From: Sphyrna mokarran
Lineage: Eukaryota
Length of the DNA: 64,000 nucleotides
Assembly (NCBI GenBank): GCA_024679065.1
Contig: JAGIQG010000040.1
Span: 6,820,001 to 6,884,000 of the forward strand
Reading direction: 5' to 3'
The notes beneath the pieces were generated by a model, which was not told where the DNA came from, did not search any database, and saw only the letters and a program-made list of their open reading frames with translations. The stretch's first letter is position 1; every line of letters starts with the position of its first letter. Both the position numbers and the translations under genes were made by a program. This document shows positions 24,558 to 37,770 of this stretch, piece after piece.

Positions 24558-25615
24558 TGGAGAAGCATGACTCACTGTATCATAGAAGCAAGAAAATTCA
24601 CACAGTTACTGTAACCATGGCTCTCCTTCATAGTTACTCCCACCAAACTTCACTGTCAAGATCGATATTGGCTTTCCAACAACTCCCTATTAATGTGTTG
24701 GAGATGTTGACATCATTATTCACCAGCGTGGGGAGCAGTTGAAACTTGCATTATATTTTAATCCTGTTCCTTTACTGTTGATTCTGCTGCTCAATGTGTT
24801 AACCGTTAAATAGTCTCGTGTCGAGCAAAATCTGCAGGTGACGTCAGAGAAACAAGACTGGGAGAGTCCAATTGCCCTAAAGATAAGGAAGTGAAGAAAT
24901 CCATCAAATTACTGTTTGGTCTATCAGGAAATTTTAGCCTCTTGTGATCGCTGTTAATTTTTTTTTATAAAACCAATTGTATCTTCTAAATTAAATTCGA
25001 TTGGATCTAATTGAAATTTTGTTCAGGACCTGGGATTTATGTTCCAACTCCTGATCTGCTGCAACAATGCATATATTGATGCAATGATCCATTTACAATT
25101 TAGCAAGAGTCTGAAGAATGTAGTGTAATTTCCATTTATTGGAAGTATGAAATTTATTAAACAGTGAACAGATATTGCATTATCTGACATTATACACAAA
25201 ATTTAGTCTCAGTCAGACACAACAATGAGGTCTGTTTTGCTTTATTCATCCTGGTAAATCCATGCCCAGAAATTGTAGAAAAAGGAAATTAAACATTTTC
25301 AGTTCCGAGGGACACTGGATCTGAATAGTTAATTCACTTAATTCAGAATGGACAGGGCAGATTATGTTCCACAGTAGGGTATCCTGATGTTAACTTGTGA
25401 CTGTAGCATTTTACATCAGCTCAAACAGAGATCCCCCAAAGAAAAATCCGCCAGTTTAGCCTCCTCCACAATCCTCAAGTCACTACTTTTTCTCATGGTC
25501 ACTGTAATCCTGCTTCTCCCCCCACCCCCCTGCGCTCCCCCATTCATGCATAGTCACTATTGAATCAAGTCATGATGAACTGATGGAGTGAGACCAGATT
25601 AATGAGTGCCGCATA

Positions 25616-25641
25616 GTGTGTGTTTGTGTGTGTGTGTGTGT
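25616..25641. repeat. (TG)n microsatellite
   Basis: Direct reading. Confidence 0.9.
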
Positions 25642-26074
25642 ACGCATCGTGAGGGAGGAATAATGGGGCAACAGTGACTATTAAATATTTTCCACAAACT
25701 TCCATGACTGTAGGTCAGGACAGAATATAATTCCATGTAAGCATTTGCCAATGCAGTCGATTCTATTTGCTAATAACTTAAATAAGTGGACAGTAATTTA
25801 TTCCAAAGTCCCCATACGTTTTTCACTGTGTGTTATAGGTCAGAGTGAGATTGTACTTTAAATATTCTGGAAAGGGAAGTTCAAATAAACAAATAGATTT
25901 TGAATATATATGACACAGAATATAGGCAGGAATGTGCAGATTTGTGAAGGGACCATGAAAAAAAATCAAAAATCAAAGCAGAAGAATGGAAAATTTAGAG
26001 AAAAGTATATTCTTCAAAGATGATTAAATAATATAAAGTCCAGATGAAAAGTAAATAAACATCTGTTTAAAACA

Positions 26075-27010
26075 ATAGAAGAGTTTTTTGAGGAAGTGAC
26101 GAAGATTATTAATGTGGGTATGGCAGTGAATGTTGCTACGTGGAATGCAGTAAGGCCTTTGACAAGTTCCCTCATGGCAGACTGGTTCAGAATGTGAAGT
26201 CGGACGGGATCAGCCGGCAAAATGAGTACAGAACTGGCTCAGTGATAGAAATGATGTGGAGATGTCAGTGTTGGACTGCGGTAAAAATAGCAAGAAGTCT
26301 CACAACACCTGCTTAAAGTCCTAGAGGTTTATTTGTAGCAAACACCACTAACTTTCAGAATAGGCTGTTCCTTCGTCAGTTGGGTGGGAGTTCTGATCAT
26401 AAACAAGGCACAATGACACAAACTCAATTTACATGAATAATGATTAGAATGGGAATCTTTATAACTAATCAAGTCTTAAAGACACAGACAATGTGAGTGG
26501 AGAGAGCATTAAGCACAGATTAAAAAGATGTGTATTATTTCCAGACAGGAAATTTAGTCAGATTTTGCAAGTCCAGGCAAGTTGTGGGGGTTACACATAT
26601 TGTGATGTGACCCAACATCTCGATTGAGGCCGCCCTCATGTGCATGAAACTTGGCTAAGGAACTTGACGAAGGAACAGACTGTTCTGAAAGCTAGTGGCA
26701 TTTGCTACAAATAAACCTGTTGGACTTTAAGTCAGTAATAGAAGGCAGAGGGTAGCAGTGGAACGGTGCATTACTGTTTGGAAGGCTATGACTAGTGACA
26801 TTCTTCAGGGATCAGTGCTGGGACCTTTTCTGTTTGTAATATATGTAAATGATTTGGAGGAAAATGTAATTGGTTTGATTAGTAAGTTTGTGGATAGAGA
26901 TAAGGATCATCAAAGGAGACAGCCAGATATTGATCAGTTGGAGGCTTGAACAGAGAGATGGCAAATGGAGTTTAATCCGGACAAATGTGAGGTAATGAAT
27001 TTTGGAAGGG
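26075..27010 (+). mobile_element. Decayed CR1 RT fragment with a nested Penelope-derived element (26253-26730)
   Basis: QGSVLGPFLFVIYVNDL motif; nested element has inverted termini and CTGACGA...GAAA cores. Confidence 0.7.
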
Positions 27011-27516
27011 TTTTTATTTGTTTTTATCCCAATTCAATCCAATGAAGTCCAATTCAGTTGAGACATTTCCAATCCAAGCTGACAAGATAGGGCCCTGAAT
27101 TCCTGGGCTTGATCTACATAATTCAATCTGATTGGAATAGACATAAGGCCTCCTCCAAGGCTTGATCTCATTTGATCTTAGCCAAAAGGCCGAGATACAG
27201 GGAGTTTTAGTTCAGCACAGGAGCATGGTCGGTGCAGGCTTGGACAGCCGAAAGGTCTGTTCCTGCGCTGTAATTTTCTTTGTTCTTTGTTCTCTGTTAG
27301 AAGGGAATGCAATGGAATAGTTTGTTAGAAACTGACACATTTATTAGCAGGAAGACTAATATCAATGCAAGCATTAAATTCACAATCTTCGGGAAAGATT
27401 TTTCTCTGAATATAACGGATGCCATTCTTTAACTCATTCTTTCATGTCACGGGAAATAAAGAATTGTATTTAACCCCGAATCTCCTCAACCCTATTTCAG
27501 TGTCTTGTGATGCCGT

Positions 27517-27805
27517 GTGCGGCGCACTGACGGAGTGGTTAGCACTGCTGCGCAGAGACCAAGTTTCAATTTCAGCCTTGGTCACTGTCTATGTCGATTT
27601 TGCATCTTTTCCCTGTGTCTGCATGGGTTTCCTGCAGGTGCTCCTGTTTCCTCCCATAGTGCAACAATGTGCGGGTTAGGATGATTGGCCATGCTCAGTT
27701 GAACCTAGTGCCAGGATGATTAATGGGATAAATGTTTTTGTGAATGAGTCCAGGGTGGCACAGAGTTGTGGGGCCAATGGCTCCTTCTGAATTATAGAGA
27801 TTCTC
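27517..27805 (+). mobile_element. Diverged HE1/V-SINE-like SINE
   Basis: GTGGTTAGCACTGCTG head and GGGTTTCCTGCAGGTGCTCCTGTTTCCTCCCA V-domain. Confidence 0.65.
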
Positions 27806-30800
27806 TGTTGAAAGAGCTCACCATCTGCTGGGGGCTCATAACTACTGTAGGTGTTGGCCTTTGTGAGTTTCCAAGAAGTTCTGAGACTTGCTGTCGCATC
27901 GAGAACCTGTTGCTGACATATGAACATTGAAGAATACTGTCAAGAATTCAAGTTTTTAGCAGGACCTTGCTTGGTGAACTTTCCTTTTATAAAAAGACAT
28001 TGCACATGAGTTCTGTTCTGCTTTCCATATATCGAGTTATTGCTTATTGTATCCTTGATTATTTCAGACTGCAATGTGTACATTCAACGCACTGATCAGA
28101 CAGAACCATCAGAAATAGAAGTAGGAGTAGACCATTCAGGTGTTTGAGCCTGCTCCACCATTCATTTTGATTATGACTGATCATCAAAATTAACAGCCTG
28201 ACCCGCCCTTTACCCCTTTAGCCCACAGCTGTATTCAATATCTTCTTGAAATCAGACAATGTTTTGTCCTCAGCTACTTTCTGTGGTAGTGAATTTCCCA
28301 GATTCATCACTCTCTGGGTGAATAAATCCCTCCTTTGCCTTAGTCAAGGAAGGTTTACCCCTTATCCTCAAAATATGACCTCTAGTTCTGGACTCTCCTA
28401 CCATTGGGAACGTTTCTTTTTTCCAAAATCAAGTCTGCCTAATCTTTTTAATAATTTATAAGTTTCTTTGAGATCCCTCTCACTCTTCTCAACTCTGCTG
28501 AATATGATCCTAACTAATTTAATTTTTTGTCATATTACAGATCTGTCATCGGTGCTATCAACATGCAGAATCAGGAACTGACTAAATATCCATCACCAAC
28601 CCAGATAGAATAATTAGATGTGGGAAATCCAAATATATATTGTATGATAATACACTAGATGTAACTTACAAATTGGCCAACTTTATTCTGATCTGTTGAT
28701 CGATTGGGCAATGCATACGTTATTGCACTTATGTCTCCTAGCTGGCAAAGCAGACAACGGGATGATTGCATTTCACTGCGAAGAGCATTAAAAAAAATCA
28801 GCAAAAGAGGAAGGTTTACCAAAAGGTTAAAATCATCATTATGACTGATTCACATTCGAGGGGGAGGGTTTGTGGCAGTTTGGCTTGGAAGATGATGTGT
28901 AATGTTAGGTCAGATATTAACGATGAAAGGTTGATTGTTGAAGATGTAAATTTGTTACTGCAGCTCAACACATTTTTGGCTGTGGAGAAATTAGACCTTA
29001 TCCATTTACAGAAGAGCATCAAGTATTAGCAGTTGTGCAGCACGAAAACAATGTTTGGGAAATTAAACAATGTTTTGATGAGTATACTACAGAAAAATGA
29101 TAAATGACCACATAAGGCTGGATTGAAAATCCAATTCCTGGCAAAGGGATGGAATGGATGGGTGTAAAAGGCAGGAACCTGGATGTTTTACTCAACATTA
29201 CGTTATCTGCTCATAGAAGGTGCTGAAACACATCATTCTGCCATTGTGGTGTTGATCAACCCTCTTGAAGATGCCTTTAAGACATTCAAAACTTCCTCCT
29301 ACACGGTCTTTACTTCTGACAGGCAGGACAAGATTCCTCTGTGAAGTGTATGATGGTGATCGTAACCACATTTCTGTTTGCCAATCGCTGAATTTTTTTT
29401 GGACATTTATCTTGTGACTAGATCCTTCCCTGGATGAGAAATGTTTTCAAATTGAAAATGTGCATTAACCAGTTAACTTGGCCAGTGATGCAGTGGACCA
29501 TGACCACAACAGGATTGATGGTACATAATTTTTATTTATTATCAGTCACAAGTAGGCTGATATTAACACTGCAATGAAGTTACAAGCAATCATGAGAGGA
29601 AGGATGCAAATAAATCTTGCCACAGCTAAACCCAGGGAATTAGAATGCTTAGAGAGAAATCGAGTCAAGGTGGCGAAATGTAATATTCCTGTTGAGAAAT
29701 AAGAATGATGGCAGTGACAGCTGCGTCTATTACAATACTGTATTACAGTCTCTGTGTTTGCTGTTACAAGAATCTGATCATACCCGAAGCGATGGAGATG
29801 GCAATGGTGGCTAATAAAGATGATAGAACGATTTTTGCCACTACCCTCCCAGTGAGTAGAAAAAAAAGGCAAAAAAATGCCAATTTTTCACATTAATTTA
29901 ATTTTGATTTGGGGACGCCCTTTTGACTTGGGGAAATCGTGAGAGAAAAGTAGAACAACAGATCCGAAGCCCACTAGATTCCACTGTGATCCCTCAAGCC
30001 ATCGGTGTGTATAATATCTGCGAATCTCTCCACTGGGACAGATAGCGCTTGATCAAGGATCCAGAAGGAGGACTGAAGCAGGATAAAAAACTTAAAATCC
30101 TGAAGATTAATGTTAAATGTTGCATTACTGATTTCAGAATGGACAGTAGAGTTCCATCTTGGCATCATGGGAAATTAACCGAATTCTACTCGGGTAATTG
30201 AAACCTTGACCGATGATATCTCCAAAGGCGGCTGACCCAGTAATTATAACAATAACAGCTTTCATATACACCAGTGGTTGAACAGGACAAAACAGATGAT
30301 TGGAGGAAACTGGAGGGCCATAAACGAGAGAAGGCCATAAGGTACGGTGGTGAGATAATGGGAATATCCACTGACTGAACAGTATGGCTAGATAAATAAA
30401 TTATTGGGAAAATCTTTGCGAATACAAGAGTTAGAAATGTGTTACAAGGCTTGTGAAATGGAACGGCATTTTTACAGATTGTATGCTTCTCTCTTTCTCT
30501 CTAGCATTTGCGTGTCTTAGAGACATTGTTGTCTGAAACTGACAGGCTTGAGCGGTCTCACATTTTACTACAACAATTCAAAAACACGGCCAGTTCATTT
30601 TGAACTCATCTTGAATTCTATTTGCCTTGACTTTTATAGGATGATTTTTTTCCCATTCTCTCAACAGAACTGATACCCACTAAATATCACTTTCAAGAAT
30701 GTGACCTTCTTCTTAAAGTGTGGTACGTGGGTCTGAACAAAATACGCAAGCGGATACGTTATCATGTATTAATAAAGGTTTGATAAAACTTTCTTGGGTT

Positions 30801-33800
30801 TTGTAGTCGATTTCTTTACTAATAAAACTAAAGTTCACGCTTGTTTTATGAAAAATGCTTCTTATTTTATTACGAGGATTTGCTTTTAACTGCGAGAATC
30901 CCGAAGCTGCATATCCTTGCTCCCTCTTTAAACTGGATCTTTTCACGGTATCCACAGTTTTCTCGCTCATCGTTCGCCAAAGCAACTTCTCAGTAGAAAT
31001 TAACAGAGCTTACATCATTAGCTGTTTAGCCATTATTATTCATATGCCAACTGTTGGGTGTGTCAGTAGTGATACCATTGTATTGCACGTTTCTTTGCTT
31101 TCTGCTTGTTATCCATCTGTGCGAACCCCATAACAACCACCCCCCGCCCTTTCCCGCCTCCCAAATTACATGGTTCACCGGAAATATCAGTCTAAGTTGC
31201 AGGTGTTAAAACAAATCAACACGGGGCGGTTTGGTCCCCAATTTACATATTTTGTGTTCCATTTCACGTGAGCTGCATATTACGATTATGAAATAGTTCA
31301 TATATTCTGCATCGCTACTTCTTTATAATTGTAAGTCAATCAATGTAGCTGAATTGAGGTTAGTTGATGGACAAACAATAATAGTATTTAATAATCACAT
31401 TTATCAGTGACTCGTTACGCAAATACACGCATTTGTGATCTAACCTTTCGATTAAAAAAACTGTAATTGTATCAGTAACTGGAAACTAGCGCTCAGTTCT
31501 CAGAATGCAAGTTACTTTCACATTACTGAACATGGGTAAGCAATCATTGCCTCATGTCCGTAGATATCAGAATAATACAACTGATGGAATTGAAAACATA
31601 TTGAATTGATATTGCCTGATTCTACTGTGATGCATTCTTTCCAATTCTTTGACTGATTTTTATAGATACAAATATTTAAACACTCATTAATCTGTACGTC
31701 CGACTAATCCACTTTTAGACCCTTGCTGACTGTTCGTTTCAGTTAAGATGTGAAGTACGTTGTACACTATTATCAACTATTTGGCAAGAAAAAATGGGGA
31801 ACGGAGATGTTTACAAAGGAATATTTTCAGTTTCCTGTCTCACAATTCACGGTCACTCGCTTTTACAGCAACTTCTGTCTGAGAAATTGAAGAGGAACCG
31901 AATTAGCATTTGGGCGCACCCAGCAATATATCTGAGATAACGCCATCTAAGTGACACGGACAGAAAATAGTATAGACGGAGTCGCATGACATTGGTTCAC
32001 TCTGTACCTATTGCAAGCAAACTATGTTTCTTCATAAATAAAGATAATTTGGGTTGTGACTAAAATGGGAGCACATATTTTCAATCGGTTGGTGACATGA
32101 AAGCAGAGATAAGCGCATCTACTTGGAAGGAGAGAATCAGTTCCTAGTTTTAGTTCCTTATGATACACAACTGCAGGTTATTAGTAACATCGGAGCGAAA
32201 TCCCCTGCATATTGTGGTGAATGTCACTGACAATGAATGGTTTTGTATATATATATATATATACTATATATATGGCATATACAGAAATAATACATACATA
32301 TATATAGCATTTTTACTATCGCATGATATTTCAAACCACATCACCAGCTATCAGTATTTTTTAAAAAGACAAAAACAGCTGAAGAATAAGAAATACCCAC
32401 AGAGAAAATATGCAAGTCAATGCATTTGTGCTCAGAGATAATGCCGTCTTTCACTGGACTTCCATTCATTGACTCACGTTCCTGAAACATTCATCAATCA
32501 AAGATAAAAATCTCTGACACTTGACAACTGTATTATGATTCCTACAATGGGTACAAATTCTGATTGTGCTGGGACATGATTCACTTTCAGGTTCTCAGCT
32601 AGAACCTGATTATTTTATTGAGGAATTTAATAATTGCGACACTCGGTGGGATGTGAATACAACTGGAGTGGCCATACATCAGAAAAAATAAGTAAATTTT
32701 GCATTGAGACGTCAGGTGATCATATCTTAGTAATGAAGAAAGCCTCCTTCCCTCAATAAGGAGGCCATAACAGAATGGGAAGTGTATGAAAGCTTATCCT
32801 TATCAATCTGTGACGAGATAAACGAGGATAGAGCCAATACTGGGCTTGGACGTCCCAATCATTTCAAAGTTATATTAATGCCAGGATTATATAATTTGGA
32901 TAAACTTCAGCCATGAACAATAAATGAGTTAATTAGTTCTCGTGATTCACTCGTCCTTAGCAATCTCAGTGCCAATAAGAGAATTGGTTTTGACTTGAGG
33001 TCATTCCAAAGATTGGTTATTCTTTGTATAGAGACGTTCAATTTAACATCAGTGATTAATATCACTGGAGGAAGGTATATGGTAGATTTTCCAAGTAACA
33101 TATTCCAGACGGATTGTTTCCCTTGGCATTTAATAAGGACTTAGAATGTAATTTAATTAGATTAAATTTTGAAATAGATTATGCAACAACAAAATATTGT
33201 GATATTTTTAAATGGACAGCATGTGAACTGAAGAGCGCCTAGCAATATTGTTTGGAATGTGTACTCATGTGGCAGGAGGAATTCATTGTAGAAACGTTTT
33301 GAAGTGTCAGGTTTTGGTAGGAAGAATGAGGGGCGATCAAAATAATTAAGCTTACTGTTCTGAATAGAATGCAGGCTCAGAGGTACCTGCAGAAACTAAT
33401 GTATGAAATAGGGTAAGATAGTTAAGCGGATAATTGAAAATTTCATCAATTTCTGGTACACAATTTCGTAAAGATGAGGAGCTACAATGTAAACATGAAG
33501 AAACAGTTTATTGAAATGCTTCTCTGAGTCAGGTACTTCAGCTGCGTCCATCATTTGGTTCCTTTAGTTCCTGAATATCACGCCTTCTGAAAACTAATTC
33601 AATTAATGTTTTAGGAAAAAACCGTTGGTCATCAGATAAGGGCGTATCTGAGTGTGCCAGCTTTTATTAATTATTGCTGCCATGGAGGAGGTAGTGATGA
33701 GTTACCTTATAGAACGGTTGCAGTCCACCTGGATTTGGAACACATCGGGTGGGATTTTTCCTTCTCACTGCGCTGGTCGAGTAGCATGGCATTGCAAGAA

Positions 33801-34166
33801 AAGAGTGACGTTAGAAAGGGAGTTCCAGGATTTTAATCAGCAACAGCAACGAAACACGGATAAGGGACCAAGTAGTGATCTTTATCTCTATAGTAGAAAC
33901 ACACCGAGATGTGCAATGGAGTTAAAGTTTTTTTTACTTAATAATCCTAAAAGCTGAAGCATAAGTGACCGTCGCCCTCAATTTTTGATGCATCAAACTT
34001 CAAACAAGAGAATATCAAACCATTTATCTTGTTTTTCCTCCCAAGAGATTTCTTTATTTTTGCCTTTCAGTGCAAACATCCTTCATTTTCAAATCTTCAG
34101 AAAGCGTTGGATCCATCTATTCTCACAGCACATTCATCTAATCAGGAAGATCTTCTTGCAATCTTT

Positions 34167-36049
34167 TAGAACATAGAACATAGAACATAGAACAATACAG
34201 CACAGAACAGGCCCTTCGGCCTTCGATGTTGTGCCGACCAAAATAAAAAGCAATGCCCCTCCAAACTAAACCATTCCCTTCTCTTCCATATACTTATCAA
34301 TTAACCTCTTAAACGCCACCAAACTTGGCGCATCTACAACAGCTGCAGGCAGGGCATTCCACTCCCTAATCACTCTTTGAGTAAAGAACCTACCTCTGAT
34401 ATCCGTCCTATAACTCATACCCCTTAATTTAAAGCTGTGTCCCCTCGTGCTAGCTTTCTCCATCCTAGGAAAAAGGCTATCACTGTCCACCCTATCTAAA
34501 CCTCTAATCATCTTATATGTTTCGATAAGATCCCCTCTTAGCCGCCTCCTTTCTAACGAAAACAACCTCAAATCCTTCAACCTCTCTTCATAGGACCTGC
34601 CCTCCATACCAGGCAACATCCTGGTAAACCTCCTCTGTACCCTCTCCAATGCCTCCACATCTTTCTTATAATGTGGGGACCAGAACTGTACACAATACTC
34701 CAAGTGCGGCCGCACTAGAGTTTTGTACAGTTGCAACATGATGCTGCGGCTCCTAAATTCAATCCCCCTACCAATAAAAGCTAAGACTCCATATGCCTTC
34801 TTAACAACTTTATCCACTTGACTGCCTACTTTCAGGGATCTATTGACACATACACCAAGATCCTTCTGTTCCTCAACACTATTAAGAGCCCTACCATTAG
34901 CCCTATACTCTACACATTTATTGTTCCTGCCAAAGTGCATTACCTCACACTTTTCCACATTAAACTCCATTTGCCACCTCTCGGCCCAGCTCTGCAACTT
35001 GTCCAAGTCACTCTGTAAACTAAAACACCCCTCTTCACTATCTACCACTCCACCGACTTTAGTGTCATCTGCAAATTTACTAATCCATCCCTCAATACCC
35101 TCATCCAGATCATTTATAAAAATTACAAACAGCAGGGGCCCCAAAACAGACCCCTGAGGCACACCACTTGTCACCGAACTCCACGATGAATATCTCCCAT
35201 CAACCACCACCCTCTGTCTTCTATCTGCCAGCCAATTCCTAATCCAATTAGCTACATCACCCTCTATTCCACACATCTGCATTTTCTGTAGAAGTCTTCC
35301 ATGGGCCACCTTATCAAACGCCTTACTAAAGTCCATATATACTACATCAACCGCCTTACCCCCATCCACCTCTCTGGTCACTTTCTCAAAAAACTCAATG
35401 AGGTTAGTAAGGCATGACCTACCCTTCACGAAACCATGCTGACTATCCCCAATCAATTCATTTCTCTCTAAATAACTATAAATCCTATCCCTAATAATTC
35501 TCTCCAATACCTTGCCCACAACAGAAGTAAGACTCACTGGCCTATAATTCCCTGGAAGGTCTCTCTTCCCCTTCTTAAACAATGGGACCACATTCGCTAT
35601 CGTCCAGTCCTCCGGAACCACACCCATAACCAACGAGGACCTGAAGATCAGAGCCAGAGGCTCTGCAATCTCCTTTCTTGCCTCCCAGAGAATCCTAGGG
35701 TAAATCCCGTCCGGCCCAGGGGACTTATCCAACTTCAAACCCTCGAGAATTTCTAACACATCCTCCCTATCTACTACAATACTCCCCAATTTGCAACCCT
35801 GTACCTCAGTGTTCTCCATAGCTACATTTCCAGCACTCTGCGTGAATACCGAAGAGAAATATTTATTCAGTGCCTCACCAATCTCTTCAGGCTCCACGCA
35901 CAACTTCCCACTGCTGTCTATGACTGGCCCTAATCTTGCCCTAACCAATCTTCTATTCTTAACATATCGAAAGAAAGCTTTAGGATTCTCCTTAATCCTA
36001 TCAGCCAACATCTTCTCGTGTCCCCTCTTAGCTCTCCTCAATTCACTTT
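34167..36049 (-). mobile_element. Young CR1 LINE, 5'-truncated, uninterrupted ~595-codon ORF2 segment
   Basis: ORF 34266-36080 with full RT motifs; (TAGAACA)n tail at ~34167-34194. Confidence 0.95.
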
Positions 36050-36548
36050 TGACCTTGGAAAAGATACAGAGGATGTTCACAAAAATGATTCCCAGAACGA
36101 AGAACTTAATGTATGAGGATTGGTTGAGAACTCTGGGTCTGTACTAGTTGGAGTTTTGAAGGATGAGCGGGCAATCTTATTGAAACTTACATGATACTGC
36201 AAGGACGGGATAGAGTGAATGTGGAGATGATGTTTCCAGTAGTGGGAAAAACTAGAGGCAGGGGCTCAACCTCAGGTTAAAGGGATGATCCTTAAGACAG
36301 ACATGAGGAGGTATTCCTTCAGCCAGAGAGTGATGAATCTGTGGGACACTTTGCTGCAGAAGACGTTGAATATTTTTAAGGCAGAGATAAGTAGGTCCTT
36401 GATTAATAAGGGGATCGGGGATTATGAGGAAAAGGCAGGAGAATGGGGATGATAAAAATATCAGCCATGATTGAATGGCAGAGCAGGCTCGATGGCATAG
36501 TCTAAGCCAAGTAGCCTAATTCTGCTCCTATGTCGTATGGTCTTATGA
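36050..36548 (+). mobile_element. Older CR1 3' fragment (host of the young CR1)
   Basis: LEKIQRMFTKMIP...YEDWLRTLGLY and a CR1-type 3' end. Confidence 0.7.
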
Positions 36549-36549
36549 G

Positions 36550-37350
36550 AAGCCCACTTCTTGCCTTCAAACAACCGTACAACCTCAAACAGACCATTGT
36601 CCACAACAAGCTACTTCCCAACCTTCAGAAGAAGAGTGACCACAGACGAGTGAAATCACAACACTGCCACAGCAATCTCTACAAGATGTACCTGACTGTC
36701 GACTCGGATGCCATCATCTCACGTGAGAACACCATCTACTAGGTACACGGTACATACTTTTGCAACTGGGCCAATGTTATCTACCTGATATGCTGCAGGA
36801 CAGGATGTCCCAAGGCATGGTACATTGGGGAGACCATGCAGGTGAAACGACAATGAATGTATGGACATTGCTCAACAATCACCAGGCAAGGCTCTTCCTG
36901 CTGGGGAACACTTCAGCAGTCATGGGCATTTGGCCTCTGATCTTCGGGTAAGCATTCTCAAGGCAGCCTTCACGACACACAGCAGCGCAGAGTCGGTGAG
37001 TAGATTCTGCACACATGAGGACGGCCTCAACTGGAATCTTGGGTTCATGTCACACTATCTGTAACCTCCACGAATTGCCCGGACTTGGAAAATCTCACTA
37101 ACTGACATGGTTGGAGACAATACACATCTCTTTAACTATTGCTTAATGCTATCTCCACTCGCATTGTCTGTATCTTTAAGACTTGATTCGCATTCCAACT
37201 ATTATTTTGTCAATTGAGTTTGTGTCTTTATATGCCCTGTTTGTGAACAGAACTCCCACTCAACTGACCGAGAAAGAGCGCTCTTGGTAGCTTTTGCTAC
37301 CAAATAAACATATTCGACTTTAATCTCTGGTGTTGTGAGACTTGTTATTA
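36550..37350 (+). mobile_element. Penelope-like element, GIY-YIG endonuclease remnant and 3' terminus
   Basis: PLLAFKQPYNLKQTIV; NVIYLICC...WYIGET; HFSSHGH; THEDGLN. Confidence 0.8.
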
Positions 37351-37389
37351 TGGTCTTATAGCCAGCCAAATTAATTTAGTACATTAATA

Positions 37390-37770
37390 CACGCCACTGT
37401 CTCTGTCCTGTCAGATATTCTGCCATGTGAATGTTTCTCCATTACTGTCTACATTTCCCGCTGCCTCGATAAAGCAGCCAGCATAATTAAGAACTTAGCG
37501 CATCCCTGACATTCTTTCTTCCACCTTCTTCCGTTGGAGAAAAAAGGTACAAAACTCTGAGGTCACACACCAACCGACTCAAGAAAAACTTCTTTCCTGC
37601 TGCATGGACCTACCTCGCAATAAGTTGCCCTTAATTATGACTGTAACATGACATTTTGCACTCTCCCTCGTTTCTTCTCTATGAATCGTATGTTTTGTCT
37701 GTATTGCAACTCAAAAAATACTTTTCACTATATGCGGCATGCGGCAATAATAAATCAAATTAAATCAAAT
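37390..37770 (+). mobile_element. Rex1/Babar-like 3' fragment
   Basis: Homologous to 12058-12460; AAATCAAAT tail. Confidence 0.6.

Noticed and set aside
24830-25400. TGACGTCA, GGAAGTGAA and ATGAGGTCTG...G|GTAAAT resembling an Ig promoter and leader
   Set aside because: The leader is too short and in the wrong phase, and no V exon or RSS follows the next acceptor.
28650-33900. Possible genes or old elements in the AT-rich interval
   Set aside because: Only faint, highly decayed LINE-like traces that I cannot assign from sequence alone.
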